From Alphaproteobacteria bacterium (lineage in GTDB: Bacteria > Pseudomonadota > Alphaproteobacteria > SHVV01): a stretch of 64,000 nucleotides of DNA. A model generated the notes under the pieces. The model was not told the origin of the DNA and did no database searches. It saw nothing but the letters and a program-made list of their open reading frames with translations. The stretch spans positions 134,864-198,863 of the forward strand of contig CBDCYR010000009.1 in NCBI GenBank assembly GCA_965224275.1, written 5' to 3'. Shown in pieces: positions 50,024-59,999 of this stretch. Within the stretch, counting starts at the first letter, position 1, and every line of letters begins with the position of its first letter. Position numbers and translations under genes: made by a program.

Positions 50024-51679
50024 ATGAACGATCAGGCCACCATGGTGACCAACTTACGGACGGATCGGGATCGATTCGTCGCGTTTGCGTTTGCGTCGGC
50101 CGATGCGCTGGTCGAGCTCGATGACAACCGATGCATCTCCTACGCCGTCGGCGCGGTGCATTGGCTGGCCGGAAAATCCGCGGACGCGCTGATCGGAATG
50201 CCGTTCATCGATCTCGTATCCAAGGAAGATCAGGCGTTTCTAAAGGCCGCCTATTCGACCGTCGTGAAACAAAGCCGATTTGGGCCGATCGAAGTAAACC
50301 TTCGAGGTGCTGCCGACAAACCTCAGCGCGTGACGTTGTTTGCCTCGCACCTGCCGGATCGGGCAAATCGTTTGTTCATCACCCTGAGTGCGCGGCGTAT
50401 TTCGCCACAGACCAAAACGCCAGACGACGTCGATCGAGATGCCGAAACCGGCCTCCTCGACAAGGATTCATTTGCCGACGTCGCGATGGAGGTCCTCAAG
50501 GGCAGCGCCAACCAGGACAAAAACTACTCCATGACGCTCCTCAACATGGATGGTTTGCAGAACCTTGAAAAGCGCCTGGACAAGAAGGCGGCTGAGGAAC
50601 TGATGACCGAAGTGTCGGCCTATTTGCAGGTCAACTCGGTAAATGGCGAATCGGCCTCGCGGATCGACGAAAACCAGTTCGGTATCGTCCACGACGCTTC
50701 CGTCGACGTCGCCACGCTTGAACAAACCATCAGCGAGCGCGCCCTCGAAGCGGATCCCAACGGCGAGGGTTTGACGGTCAATTCCTCGACCATTGAACTC
50801 GACGCAGACGATCAGATTTCCGAAGAGGATGCCGCCCGTGCACTGGTCTATTCGATCAACAAGTTCTCCGAACAACCGGGAGATTTCACCGTCAGCGCCC
50901 TAAACGACGGCTACAAGCTGATGCTCGACGAGACCGTCGAGAAAATCGCTGAATTCAAAGCCATGATCCAGGCCGGCCGGTTTGATGTCGTGTTCCAGCC
51001 GATCGTCGACCTTAAGACCCGTAAGGTCCATCATTCGGAAGCGCTGGTCCGGTTCCACGATAGTGAGCCCGGCGTATCACCATTCGCACTTATTACGTTT
51101 GCCGAAGAAGTCGGCGTCATCGGCGATTTTGATCTCGCGATGTGCGAGCGGGTTATCAAAAAGATTAATCAGGCCAACGACAACGGCCACGAGCTCTATA
51201 TCGCGGTTAACCTTTCTGGGCGTTCCCTGGAAGATAAGTCGTTTCTGGAAGCGTTTGCCAAACTCTTGAGCAAACATGAGAAGATCCGTACGCAACTGAT
51301 GTTCGAAGTAACGGAATCGGCGGAAATCATAGATCTTGATGCGACGAATAACTTCATTACGGGCTTGCGCGAAAAGGGTCATCACGTCTGCCTCGATGAT
51401 TTCGGCGCTGGCGCGGCCGCGTTTCAGTATCTCAGGGCACTCGATATCGATTTCGTAAAGATCGACGGCATGTATGTTCGCGAAGCACTCGTCAAAGCGA
51501 ACGGAAAGTCGTTTTTACGCGCCATGGCGAACCTGTGCAGCGACATTGGGATCGACACGATCGCGGAGATGGTTGAAGACGAAGAGGTCGCAGGGTTTTT
51601 GATTGAATCCGGCGTTCGTTACGGACAGGGCTACCTGTTTGGCAAACCCTCCCTTGGCATCATGGGCCAGAGCGGTTAG
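50024..51679 (+). CDS. EAL-domain c-di-GMP phosphodiesterase with N-terminal PAS-like region and a degenerate GGDEF-like domain
   Basis: EAL signatures (FQPIVDLKTRKVHHSEALVRF, DDFGAGAAAFQYLRALDIDFVKIDG); the central domain has DENQFGIV in place of GGDEF; start taken at MNDQATM. Confidence 0.8.
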   Translation: MNDQATMVTNLRTDRDRFVAFAFASADALVELDDNRCISYAVGAVHWLAGKSADALIGMPFIDLVSKEDQAFLKAAYSTVVKQSRFGPIEVNLRGAADKPQRVTLFASHLPDRANRLFITLSARRISPQTKTPDDVDRDAETGLLDKDSFADVAMEVLKGSANQDKNYSMTLLNMDGLQNLEKRLDKKAAEELMTEVSAYLQVNSVNGESASRIDENQFGIVHDASVDVATLEQTISERALEADPNGEGLTVNSSTIELDADDQISEEDAARALVYSINKFSEQPGDFTVSALNDGYKLMLDETVEKIAEFKAMIQAGRFDVVFQPIVDLKTRKVHHSEALVRFHDSEPGVSPFALITFAEEVGVIGDFDLAMCERVIKKINQANDNGHELYIAVNLSGRSLEDKSFLEAFAKLLSKHEKIRTQLMFEVTESAEIIDLDATNNFITGLREKGHHVCLDDFGAGAAAFQYLRALDIDFVKIDGMYVREALVKANGKSFLRAMANLCSDIGIDTIAEMVEDEEVAGFLIESGVRYGQGYLFGKPSLGIMGQSG

Positions 51680-51697
51680 CGCGCAGGGCCGATAGTC

Positions 51698-53428
51698 ATG
51701 CCAGTACGGAGTCTGCTCGGGAAGCGCAATCGTGAACGTCAGAAGAGCGTAGAGTCGGCGCCGCTCGGCCTTGGACTTGAGGATATCGTCTCGAATCATC
51801 CCGAGCCGGCGCTGTTGGTAGATAACGCCGCAAATGTGGTCATCGCAAATCAATTGGGCTCGGCGTTGGCGGATGCCATCACCCAGCACTCTTTGCCTGG
51901 CATCACGAAGCGAATCGCCGACGTTGCCACGACCGGCCGGCCGGCGGTCGATCGAGCGGAACTCCGTTTGGCCGAGGGTGACCGGACCCTCGATGTCACT
52001 TTCGTTCCCGATGGCAGGGCACCGGCGGAAAGGGTTGCTCTCCTCACCCACGATGTTACCAGTGATCGCAACCTAACCAACGCCCTGGTCGCATCGCGTC
52101 AGCTGTTCAAGGATCTGGTCGGCTGTTCATCGGATTTTGCATGGGAGACCAAGGCGGACGGCACGTTCGGCTTTGTCTCACCGAGAGGTGCGCTCGGCTT
52201 CACAGCACGGGAACTCGAGGGCCGCCCGGCGCGCGACTTGCTCGATGCCGATTACGCGCCGCCAATCCCGTTACCCTTCGAGGCGAAAGCTGCGGTTGAC
52301 GATATCGAGATATGGGTGCGGCAAGTTGATGCCTCGTTGGCTTGCTTGGAAGTTTCCTCGGTTCCGGTTCTTGACGATGACGGCCGCTGGCTTGGCGCGC
52401 GCGGTGTTTGCCGCGATGTGACCGAGGCCCGTGAACGCGATATGGCGCTGCAACGGGCACGCAGTCGAGAAGAGTTGCAGGCCCGGATTATCGATTCGAT
52501 GCGCAACGAGATTGATACCCGACGGATGTTGGAAGTTGCCGCTGAATCGATCGCCGAATCGGTGGCGGCGACTCATTGCTGGATCTACATGCGTGAGGAA
52601 GCAGGGGCCCTCTACCTGGCGGCCGACAGCGGCGGTCGCAAAGATGCGCCGGCGCCAAGCGACGTCGCGGATGTAATAGAGCGATCACCAAACGCGGCTC
52701 CGTTACAGGACAACATCGGCGCCGACGCCGCCAGCGTCCTGGTAATACCCACCCTTAGCCATGAAATCGTGAACGGAGCCGTGTGCGTCGCGCGGGATCA
52801 GGATGGTGGCGAACTTGACGACGATCAGCGCCAGATGCTGTCCGGCATCGCCGGGCATATCGGGATAGCGATTGAGCAAATTGCCAACGTCCTCAAACTC
52901 GAGCGGATTTCGCGCACCGACGAGTTGACTGGATTGCTTAATCGCCGCGCCTTCTTCGAAGAGGTGACCCGTCGCTACAAGCATCTTGGTCGCATGAAAC
53001 GACAGGGAGCGCTGCTCTATGTCGACCTCGATAACTTCAAGCAGGTCAACGACGTTCACGGGCACCAGCGCGGCGACGACGCCTTGAAAGCTCTAGCCGG
53101 CCTCCTGAAAGATAGCCGCATCGGCGACATTCCGGCCCGGCTCGGTGGCGATGAATTCGCGCTGTGGCTGGAGGAAGTCGATCAAAGTGCCGCCATTGCC
53201 AAAGCTGAGAAACTTCTGGAGGCATCGCAGTCGCTGCGCCAATACTCCGGCTCGATCGAACGCCCGCTGGGTATTTCGATCGGCATCGCCGTGAGTGACG
53301 GTGAGGTGCGGGAAACCGTGCCCGAACTTGTCGCGCGGGCCGATAGCGCCATGTACCAGGCCAAGCGCGGCGGCAAAGGCAACTATGCAATCACGCCGCT
53401 GGGCGCCGTCGAAGCTATGGAGTCCTAA
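51698..53428 (+). CDS. diguanylate cyclase (GGDEF) with N-terminal PAS and GAF-like sensor domains
   Basis: Intact active site RLGGDEFALWL preceded by ELTGLLNRRAFFEEV...LLYVDLDNFKQVND; 576 aa. Confidence 0.85.
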   Translation: MPVRSLLGKRNRERQKSVESAPLGLGLEDIVSNHPEPALLVDNAANVVIANQLGSALADAITQHSLPGITKRIADVATTGRPAVDRAELRLAEGDRTLDVTFVPDGRAPAERVALLTHDVTSDRNLTNALVASRQLFKDLVGCSSDFAWETKADGTFGFVSPRGALGFTARELEGRPARDLLDADYAPPIPLPFEAKAAVDDIEIWVRQVDASLACLEVSSVPVLDDDGRWLGARGVCRDVTEARERDMALQRARSREELQARIIDSMRNEIDTRRMLEVAAESIAESVAATHCWIYMREEAGALYLAADSGGRKDAPAPSDVADVIERSPNAAPLQDNIGADAASVLVIPTLSHEIVNGAVCVARDQDGGELDDDQRQMLSGIAGHIGIAIEQIANVLKLERISRTDELTGLLNRRAFFEEVTRRYKHLGRMKRQGALLYVDLDNFKQVNDVHGHQRGDDALKALAGLLKDSRIGDIPARLGGDEFALWLEEVDQSAAIAKAEKLLEASQSLRQYSGSIERPLGISIGIAVSDGEVRETVPELVARADSAMYQAKRGGKGNYAITPLGAVEAMES

Positions 53429-53434
53429 CAAGGC

Positions 53435-54724
53435 ATGCTCAAAGAGCTCCTGAAGATTTTTCGCAAACCGACCGACGACAAGGGCGACGATCTGCCGCCG
53501 CTCTCGTTCGACGAGGCGACCGAAATCGCCCAGCGCGGCGATGCGGAAAAACGTGCCCAGGTCGCCGAGCGCGAAGACACCCAACCGGAGCTTTTATATT
53601 TCCTGGCCGACGATGACGAGGCGGCGGTCCGGCGCAAAATTGCCGCCAACCCCAATACGCCACGCCAGGCTGATCGGCTGCTCGCCGAAGACGGGGATGA
53701 TCAGGTTCGCTGCGAACTCGCCGTCAAGATCTCGCGCCTGGTGCCAGGGCTTTCGGCCGGCGAGACTGAGGCACTGCAGGATCTTACCGTTGAGATCCTC
53801 GATGTTCTGGCCCAGGATCAACTGCCGCGCGTCCGCGAGATCGTCGCGGAAGAGCTTAAGTTCGCCACCGACGCGCCGATCGTGCTGATCCGGCGCTTGG
53901 CGATCGACCTCGATCTCATCGTCTCGGCGCCGATTCTCGAATACTCATCGATGCTTACCGACGATGAGTTGTTGGAAATTATCTCGGCGAACCCAATTGA
54001 CGGTGCCCTCAATGCGATCGCCCGCCGCGACGAGGTTAGTCCGCAGGTGTCGGATGCCATCGTGTCGGCGCGAGATGATCCCGCCGTCACCGAACTTCTC
54101 GCCAACCCCAGTTCGCAGATCCGAGAGGAAACGCTCGATCAGATCATAGATCGTGCCCCCGAGGTGCCGCCGTGGCACGAACCCTTGGTACAGCGCCCCC
54201 AATTGTCGCAGGATGCGATCCGGCGAATCGCGTCTTTCGTCTCGTCATCGCTGTTGACGACGCTTGTTGAACGATCGGATCTTGATGAAGAGACGGCTAA
54301 GATCGTTCAGGAAAACGTGCAGCGCCGGTTGCAGGAAACCGACGATGATCCCGAAGCGGCCGAGCAGCGGCGCGCCGAAATGCTGTTTGATCGCGGACGT
54401 TTAGACGATCAATCCATCATCACCGCGGCCGAGGCGGGTCAACGGGCATTCGTTATCAAAGCGCTTTCGTTGCTCGCCAAGTGCCCTGCCGAGGTTGCTC
54501 GCCGGATGCTCGACTCACGGACCGGTCGGGTGGTTGCGGCATTGTGCTGGAAGGCGGACCTTTCGATGCTCACCGCGACCGCGGTACAGCGCCATATCGC
54601 CGCGGTTCCCGAGCAAACGCTGGTCGTTGACGGTGGTGGTAATAGCTATCCGCTGACCGAAACCGAGATGGATTGGTTTGTCGACTATTTTCAGAACGGC
54701 GAATCCGAGGTCGTTTCACTTTGA
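53435..54724 (+). CDS. hypothetical alpha-helical repeat protein (DUF2336-like), possibly part of the c-di-GMP module
   Basis: 429-aa acidic protein with HEAT/ARM-like repetitive helices; begins 7 bp after the GGDEF gene. Confidence 0.5.
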   Translation: MLKELLKIFRKPTDDKGDDLPPLSFDEATEIAQRGDAEKRAQVAEREDTQPELLYFLADDDEAAVRRKIAANPNTPRQADRLLAEDGDDQVRCELAVKISRLVPGLSAGETEALQDLTVEILDVLAQDQLPRVREIVAEELKFATDAPIVLIRRLAIDLDLIVSAPILEYSSMLTDDELLEIISANPIDGALNAIARRDEVSPQVSDAIVSARDDPAVTELLANPSSQIREETLDQIIDRAPEVPPWHEPLVQRPQLSQDAIRRIASFVSSSLLTTLVERSDLDEETAKIVQENVQRRLQETDDDPEAAEQRRAEMLFDRGRLDDQSIITAAEAGQRAFVIKALSLLAKCPAEVARRMLDSRTGRVVAALCWKADLSMLTATAVQRHIAAVPEQTLVVDGGGNSYPLTETEMDWFVDYFQNGESEVVSL

Positions 54725-55624
54725 CGGCGTGATCATTGTCCCGACACCGTGCGCGGTGAAGATTTCCAGCAGCAATACGTGCGGGATGCGCCCGTCGATA
54801 ATGTGGGCGGCCGCGGTGCCGTTCTTGAGTGCGTCAAGGCAGGTTTCGATTTTGGGAATCATTCCGCCGGTGATTGCCTTGCGTCGTAGCAAGCCGCTCG
54901 CCTGACGCGGAGTCAACGTTGCAACGAGATCGCTGTTAGCGTCCAACACGCCGTCTACGTCGGTCAGCATAATCAACTTACTTGCATTAAGCGCACCCGC
55001 GAGCGCACCGGCGACTGTGTCGGCGTTGATGTTGAAGGTTTCGCCGCGCTTGCCGCTGCCAATCGGCGCAATCACCGGAATGACCTGAGATTTTGTAAGT
55101 TCAGCAAGCAGTTCGGTGCGAACTTTGGCCGGTTCACCAACAAAACCCAGATCCAGGACTCGCTCAATATTCGATTGTGGATCGCGATGGCGCCGGGTCA
55201 CTTTACGCGCCTCGATCAAATTGCCGTCTTTGCCGGAGATCCCAACCGCGCGGCCGCCGGCCCGGTTGATGGCGGCGGTAATTTGCTTGTTGATTGATCC
55301 TGACAAAACCATTTCGACGATCTCGACCGTGTCGGCATCAGTGACGCGCAAGCCTTCAACGAACGAGCTCTTGATTTTGAGTCGATCGAGCATCTTGCTG
55401 ATTTGCGGCCCGCCGCCGTGCACGACGACCGGGTTAATACCGACATGCTTGAGCAGAACGATATCCCGGGCAAAGAGATCGGTGAGCGATTCATCGCCCA
55501 TTGCGTGGCCACCGAATTTGACAACGAAGGTCTGACCGGCGAAGCGCCGCATATAAGGCAGTGCTTCAGCAAGTATTTCCGCCTTTGCCGGTTCGGGTTT
55601 CTTACGCCTGGTGCTCTTTGCCAT
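54716..55624 (-). CDS. argB: acetylglutamate kinase
   Basis: Amino-acid kinase family (FVVKFGGHAM...VVHGGGPQI...); 302 aa. Confidence 0.9.
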   Translation of the reverse strand: MAKSTRRKKPEPAKAEILAEALPYMRRFAGQTFVVKFGGHAMGDESLTDLFARDIVLLKHVGINPVVVHGGGPQISKMLDRLKIKSSFVEGLRVTDADTVEIVEMVLSGSINKQITAAINRAGGRAVGISGKDGNLIEARKVTRRHRDPQSNIERVLDLGFVGEPAKVRTELLAELTKSQVIPVIAPIGSGKRGETFNINADTVAGALAGALNASKLIMLTDVDGVLDANSDLVATLTPRQASGLLRRKAITGGMIPKIETCLDALKNGTAAAHIIDGRIPHVLLLEIFTAHGVGTMITPSK

Positions 55625-55645
55625 GGTGGCGGGGTTATAGCCCGA

Positions 55646-56320
55646 TCACGATGTCGCAGCTAGCGTCGCCAAGGCCGCGCGTAGCTCGGCAATTCCCTCG
55701 CCCTTAGTGGCGCTGGTCGGCCAAATAATCGGATAGGCGGCGGGATGGGTGACGAGTTCATCAGCGATCGCCTGCGCGACGTCGTCGCGGCTGCCTTTCA
55801 CCTTATCGATTTTGGTGAGGATGATTTGATAGGTAACGGCCGCGCCGTCTAACACCGTCATGAGTGACCGATCTGAATCCTTTAGCCCGTGCCGCGAATC
55901 GACGAGCAGGGTCGTCCGCCTCAGGTTGGGCCGACCCTTGAGGTAGCTTTCAATGAGTTCGGGCCAGTTATCTCGTTCATGCTTCGGAACTTTGGCATAG
56001 CCATAGCCGGGCAGATCAGCGATGTAGAGCCGATCGGCTAATGAGAACAGGTTGACCTCTCGCGTACGCCCTGGGGTGTTGGATGTTCGCGCCAAGGCTT
56101 TGTGGCCGGTCAGTGCGTTTATCAGGCTCGACTTGCCGACATTGGAGCGGCCAATAAACGCAATCTCGGGAATGGTGGTTGACGGAAGCGCGCTGGCCTT
56201 CACCGCACCCAGCAAAAACTCGCAGGCTTGCGCAAACAGGTGGCGGCCGCGTTCGATTTCGTCGTCGTCGAAAGTCTCGCGCCATGGCGGAGCGGGTGTC
56301 GGTCGCGCGGCCTCGAGCAT
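55646..56320 (-). CDS. engB: ribosome biogenesis GTP-binding protein YihA/YsxC (EngB)
   Basis: G1 motif FIGRSNVGKSSLINALTG, G3 DLPGYG, TKIDK; 224 aa. Confidence 0.9.
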   Translation of the reverse strand: MLEAARPTPAPPWRETFDDDEIERGRHLFAQACEFLLGAVKASALPSTTIPEIAFIGRSNVGKSSLINALTGHKALARTSNTPGRTREVNLFSLADRLYIADLPGYGYAKVPKHERDNWPELIESYLKGRPNLRRTTLLVDSRHGLKDSDRSLMTVLDGAAVTYQIILTKIDKVKGSRDDVAQAIADELVTHPAAYPIIWPTSATKGEGIAELRAALATLAATS

Positions 56321-56336
56321 CGTTTGGGCTACGTGA

Positions 56337-58112
56337 TCATGCCGCGGGGTTAACCACGCCCTCGCGTTTCATAATGATCCACTGCTGGGTGATCGAGAGA
56401 ATATTGTTCCAAGTCCAGTAGATGACCAACCCGGCCGGGAACGCGGCGAGCAGAATGGTGAAGAAAAACGGCAACAGCATAAAGATCTTCGCTTGCACCG
56501 GGTCCGGCGGCGCCGGGTTTAGTTTCTGCTGAAGAAACATGCTGGCGCCCATGATCATCGGCCAGATACCGATCATGAGGAACGAAGGCGGGTCCCACGG
56601 GATCAGGCCGAAAAGATTGAAAATGGTTGTCGGATCGGGCGCCGACAGGTCTTGGATCCAGCCGAAAAATGGTGCGTGCCGCATCTCGATGCTAACGAAC
56701 AAAACTTTGTACAGCGCGAAAAAGACCGGAATCTGCACCGCGATCGGCAGGCAGCCGGCAAGCGGATTGGCCTTTTCCTTTTTGTAGAGCGCCATCATCT
56801 CCTGATTGAGGCGCTGGCGGTCGTCCTTATAGCGATCGCGCAGTTTCATCATTTCCGGCTGCAGTTTCTTCATGCCGCTGAGCGCGCGGTATGATTTGTT
56901 CGCCAGCGGAAAGAAGATCAACTTAACGATGATCGTCAAGACCAGGATCGCCAACCCAAAGTTTCCGAGCAGGTTGTAGAAGTAGGCGATCACATAGAAC
57001 AGCGGCTTGGTGAGGAAATAGAACCATCCGAAGTCGACGGCTTTGTCGAAATTTGAAACGCCGAGCGTGTCTTTATATCTGTCGAGAACCTGGACTTCTT
57101 TGGCGCCGACGAACACCCGGTTGACGGTCTCGGTCGTCGCACCCGGCACGACGGTTTTGCCGCCACCGATGTAGTCGACCTGATAGCGGTCCCGCCCGTC
57201 GTTGATGCTGTGATTGAAGCTGCCGGAAAAAGCTTCTTCCTGATTGGGTATCAGCGCGGTTAGCCAGTATTGGTCGGTGATGCCGATCCAGCCGCCTAGG
57301 CTGTTAACGTCGATGCGGCCGTCATTCGCGTCCTCAAGATCGTCGTAATCATGTTCTTCAAGACGTTCGTTGAAAACGCCGATCGGCCCCTCATGGAGTA
57401 TGAAGAAGCCAAGCGTCGGGGGTTCGTCGACCCTGGCGATGAAGCCATAAGGGTAGAGCGTGACCGGGTTGGTGCTGTTGTTTTTGACGCGCTGTTTGAC
57501 CGTGAACATGAAATCCCGATCAAGTTCGATCGTGCGTTCGAACAACAGGCCGGCACCATTGTCCCAGGTCAGGGTTATCGGTGTCGCTGGTGTGAGTTTG
57601 CCGGAGGAGGATTGCCAAACCGTGTCGCTCGTCGGCATGGTGCCGGCGCTTTCGTCGGAAGCCGTCCAACCGAATTTGATGTAGTAGGGATGCGGCGTCC
57701 CGACCGGCGACAACATCGTGATGTTGGCGCTGTCTGGCTTAACCGAATCGCGATACACCTTGAGGATGATGTCGTCGAGTTGCCCGCCGGTAATGGCCAC
57801 CGTTCCCGATAGCTTGGGTGAGTCAATAGCGATCCGACGGGTCTGCTGGAGCTGCTTGGCGCGTTGCGCCGCGGTATTCACCTGGGGCCGAATTATCGGT
57901 TCTGATGTTCCTGTCCGCGGCCGTATCGCTGGCGTGCTGTCGGTCGATTGTGGGCTAGGTTTGCTGCCTGTTTGTGGCAGCGATTGTTCGATCGCCTGCT
58001 GACGCGCGGTTTCTTTCTGCAGCCTCGGTGTGTTGTAGAGGAACTCGAAGGCCAGCAGGATCGACAACGACAAGACGATCGCGAGGATAAGGTTGCGCTG
58101 ATCGGAAAACAT
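56337..58112 (-). CDS. yidC: membrane protein insertase YidC
   Basis: 591 aa, N-terminal TM, large periplasmic domain and conserved C-terminal 5-TM insertase core. Confidence 0.9.
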   Translation of the reverse strand: MFSDQRNLILAIVLSLSILLAFEFLYNTPRLQKETARQQAIEQSLPQTGSKPSPQSTDSTPAIRPRTGTSEPIIRPQVNTAAQRAKQLQQTRRIAIDSPKLSGTVAITGGQLDDIILKVYRDSVKPDSANITMLSPVGTPHPYYIKFGWTASDESAGTMPTSDTVWQSSSGKLTPATPITLTWDNGAGLLFERTIELDRDFMFTVKQRVKNNSTNPVTLYPYGFIARVDEPPTLGFFILHEGPIGVFNERLEEHDYDDLEDANDGRIDVNSLGGWIGITDQYWLTALIPNQEEAFSGSFNHSINDGRDRYQVDYIGGGKTVVPGATTETVNRVFVGAKEVQVLDRYKDTLGVSNFDKAVDFGWFYFLTKPLFYVIAYFYNLLGNFGLAILVLTIIVKLIFFPLANKSYRALSGMKKLQPEMMKLRDRYKDDRQRLNQEMMALYKKEKANPLAGCLPIAVQIPVFFALYKVLFVSIEMRHAPFFGWIQDLSAPDPTTIFNLFGLIPWDPPSFLMIGIWPMIMGASMFLQQKLNPAPPDPVQAKIFMLLPFFFTILLAAFPAGLVIYWTWNNILSITQQWIIMKREGVVNPAA

Positions 58113-58126
58113 AGTCGTCGCAATTC

Positions 58127-58396
58127 CTAGCGGTGACCGCTATCGGTTTGCGTTGCCGGCGGCACCGGATCGTAGCCGAGGCTGCCCCACGGATGACAGC
58201 GAAGGATTCGGCGAATTGCGAGATTGCTCCCTTGCACCGCGCCATGCACCGCGATCGCCTCTTCGGCATATTCCGAGCAGGTTGGAGTAAACCGGCAGCG
58301 CGGGCCGATCACCGGCGACACCAGGTATCTGTAGATGCAGATGAGAATGCGCAATGCCGCGCCAAGAGGCCATGTGATCAGAGTGGCAAACGTCAT
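58127..58396 (-). CDS. yidD: membrane protein insertion efficiency factor YidD
   Basis: 89 aa with the conserved [11 protein letters not shown] motif. Confidence 0.9.
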   Translation of the reverse strand: MTFATLITWPLGAALRILICIYRYLVSPVIGPRCRFTPTCSEYAEEAIAVHGAVQGSNLAIRRILRCHPWGSLGYDPVPPATQTDSGHR

Positions 58397-58397
58397 C

Positions 58398-58802
58398 TTA
58401 GCTAGTCTCGGCTGCCGGGTCTGGCTCGTTTGAACGAGCCGACCCCTTGGGCTTTAGGCGCATGAGTGCGGCTTCCATGTCTCCGACAAGGTCTCGATAC
58501 GGTCGGATCGGTGTGCTGTGGCGCGCAATTAACACATAATCGTACCCGGCCAGCGCACCGGTCGGGAAAACTTGACTTGCCGCCGCTCGCAGCCGGCGGC
58601 GTGCGCGGTTACGTACGACCGCATTGCCAACCCTTTTAGTGACAGTAAAGCCAATGCGCAAATCACAGTGCGGTGCCAACTTGGTATCGACGGGAATGGG
58701 CGCAACCTGAAGAACCAATCCGCGCATTGCGCATTTGCGGCCTGTACGGGCAACGCGCAGGAAGTCTGCACGTCGCTTCAGCCGCCCAATTATGGCCGGC
58801 AT
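58398..58802 (-). CDS. rnpA: ribonuclease P protein component
   Basis: Basic 134-aa protein with the RNR motif region ([24 protein letters not shown]); between rpmH and yidD. Confidence 0.9.
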   Translation of the reverse strand: MPAIIGRLKRRADFLRVARTGRKCAMRGLVLQVAPIPVDTKLAPHCDLRIGFTVTKRVGNAVVRNRARRRLRAAASQVFPTGALAGYDYVLIARHSTPIRPYRDLVGDMEAALMRLKPKGSARSNEPDPAAETS

Positions 58803-58805
58803 TGA

Positions 58806-58940
58806 CTACGCGGAGAGGCGCTTACGTCCCTTTGCCCGGCGCCGCGCCAAGACCTTGCGACCCGCTTTGGTCGCCATGCGCGACCTGAAACCATGACGCC
58901 GTTTGCGCACGACATTGCTGGGTTGAAACGTTTGTTTCAC
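58806..58940 (-). CDS. rpmH: 50S ribosomal protein L34
   Basis: Not in the ORF track (44 aa). GTG start at 58940 with GGAGC Shine-Dalgarno; translation [44 protein letters not shown] matches the L34 consensus. Confidence 0.85.
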   Translation of the reverse strand: MKQTFQPSNVVRKRRHGFRSRMATKAGRKVLARRRAKGRKRLSA

Positions 58941-59222
58941 AGACTGAGGCTCCGACCGTTGACTGGTCCGGCGCGATCGCGCACGTTAAGAAACAAGGGA
59001 CGCTGTATAGGGACTTGAAGAATCGAAGTCAACGGAGCTCATCGAGCCCGCCCGCTGGTCACAGACTGGTGATTGGGGCGCGGCGCCCGGCCTCCTAAAT
59101 AACTGAGAACCAATCGAAATCGCGATGCCAAGTTCCTGAACGTCAACCCCTTGTTTTGACGAGTTCGAACAAACCCGTTTCCCGCAACTTCCGGCTTAAG
59201 AATTTCTCACCAAAGACGCCCC

Positions 59223-59963
59223 GTGCCGACAGAAAAGACCTTTCGAATTCGTCGTTTGTGGCCGCTCGCAGTTATCGGGGCTGGCTTCGTGGCCTTCTTC
59301 GCTTTTGGGTTCGATAGCTATGTAACCCTGGAGTCACTCCGCGATCACCGCTCCGAGCTCATCGCGTTCGTGGCCGACAACGCCCTTGTTGCTGGGCTGC
59401 TCTTTGTCGCCGTCTATGCCACCGCGACCGCGCTGTCAGTGCCCGGCGCATTGCTCCTGTCGCTCACCAGTGGGTTTCTGTTCGGAACCTGGCTCGGCGG
59501 GTGTTTGGCGGCGATCGGCGCAACGATCGGCGCTTCGGCGATATTCTTGATTGCGAAAACCTCGCTGGGCGATGCCATGTTGGCGCGCGCAGGAACGGTA
59601 ATTAAGAAAATGGAGGCCGAATTTCGTCGCGACGCGGCGTCATACATGTTGATTCTGCGGCTCGTACCCCTGTTTCCATTCTGGTTGGTCAACATCGTAC
59701 CTGCTTTTCTCGGCGTGCCGTTTCGCACGTATTTCGTGACGACGGCCGTGGGTATTCTGCCCGCGGCGTTTATTTATACGAGTGTCGGCAACGGTCTCGG
59801 CCGCTTGTTCGAGATCGGCGAGGATCCAAACCTGGGTGTGATCTTCGAACCTCAATTTCTACTACCGCTACTGGGTCTGGCCGTGCTTGCGATGGTTCCG
59901 GTTGCCTACAAGAGGTGGCGACCCGGCGCAGATGCGGAAGTCGTTGGCGACGATGCCGGATAG
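59223..59963 (+). CDS. TVP38/TMEM64 (DedA/SNARE-associated) family membrane protein
   Basis: 246 aa, multi-pass membrane protein with the characteristic G-rich re-entrant helix region (ALLLSLTSGFLFGTWLGG...). Confidence 0.7.
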   Translation: MPTEKTFRIRRLWPLAVIGAGFVAFFAFGFDSYVTLESLRDHRSELIAFVADNALVAGLLFVAVYATATALSVPGALLLSLTSGFLFGTWLGGCLAAIGATIGASAIFLIAKTSLGDAMLARAGTVIKKMEAEFRRDAASYMLILRLVPLFPFWLVNIVPAFLGVPFRTYFVTTAVGILPAAFIYTSVGNGLGRLFEIGEDPNLGVIFEPQFLLPLLGLAVLAMVPVAYKRWRPGADAEVVGDDAG

Positions 59964-59999
59964 GCCGACGAACACCGATCGCAACCGAGGTATCCGTCG

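Noticed and set aside
58940-59222. Possible RNA gene (e.g. rnpB or tRNA) in the 280-bp gap between rpmH and the TVP38 gene
   Set aside because: No tRNA-like cloverleaf or conserved RNase P RNA motifs recognisable; most likely divergent promoter region.
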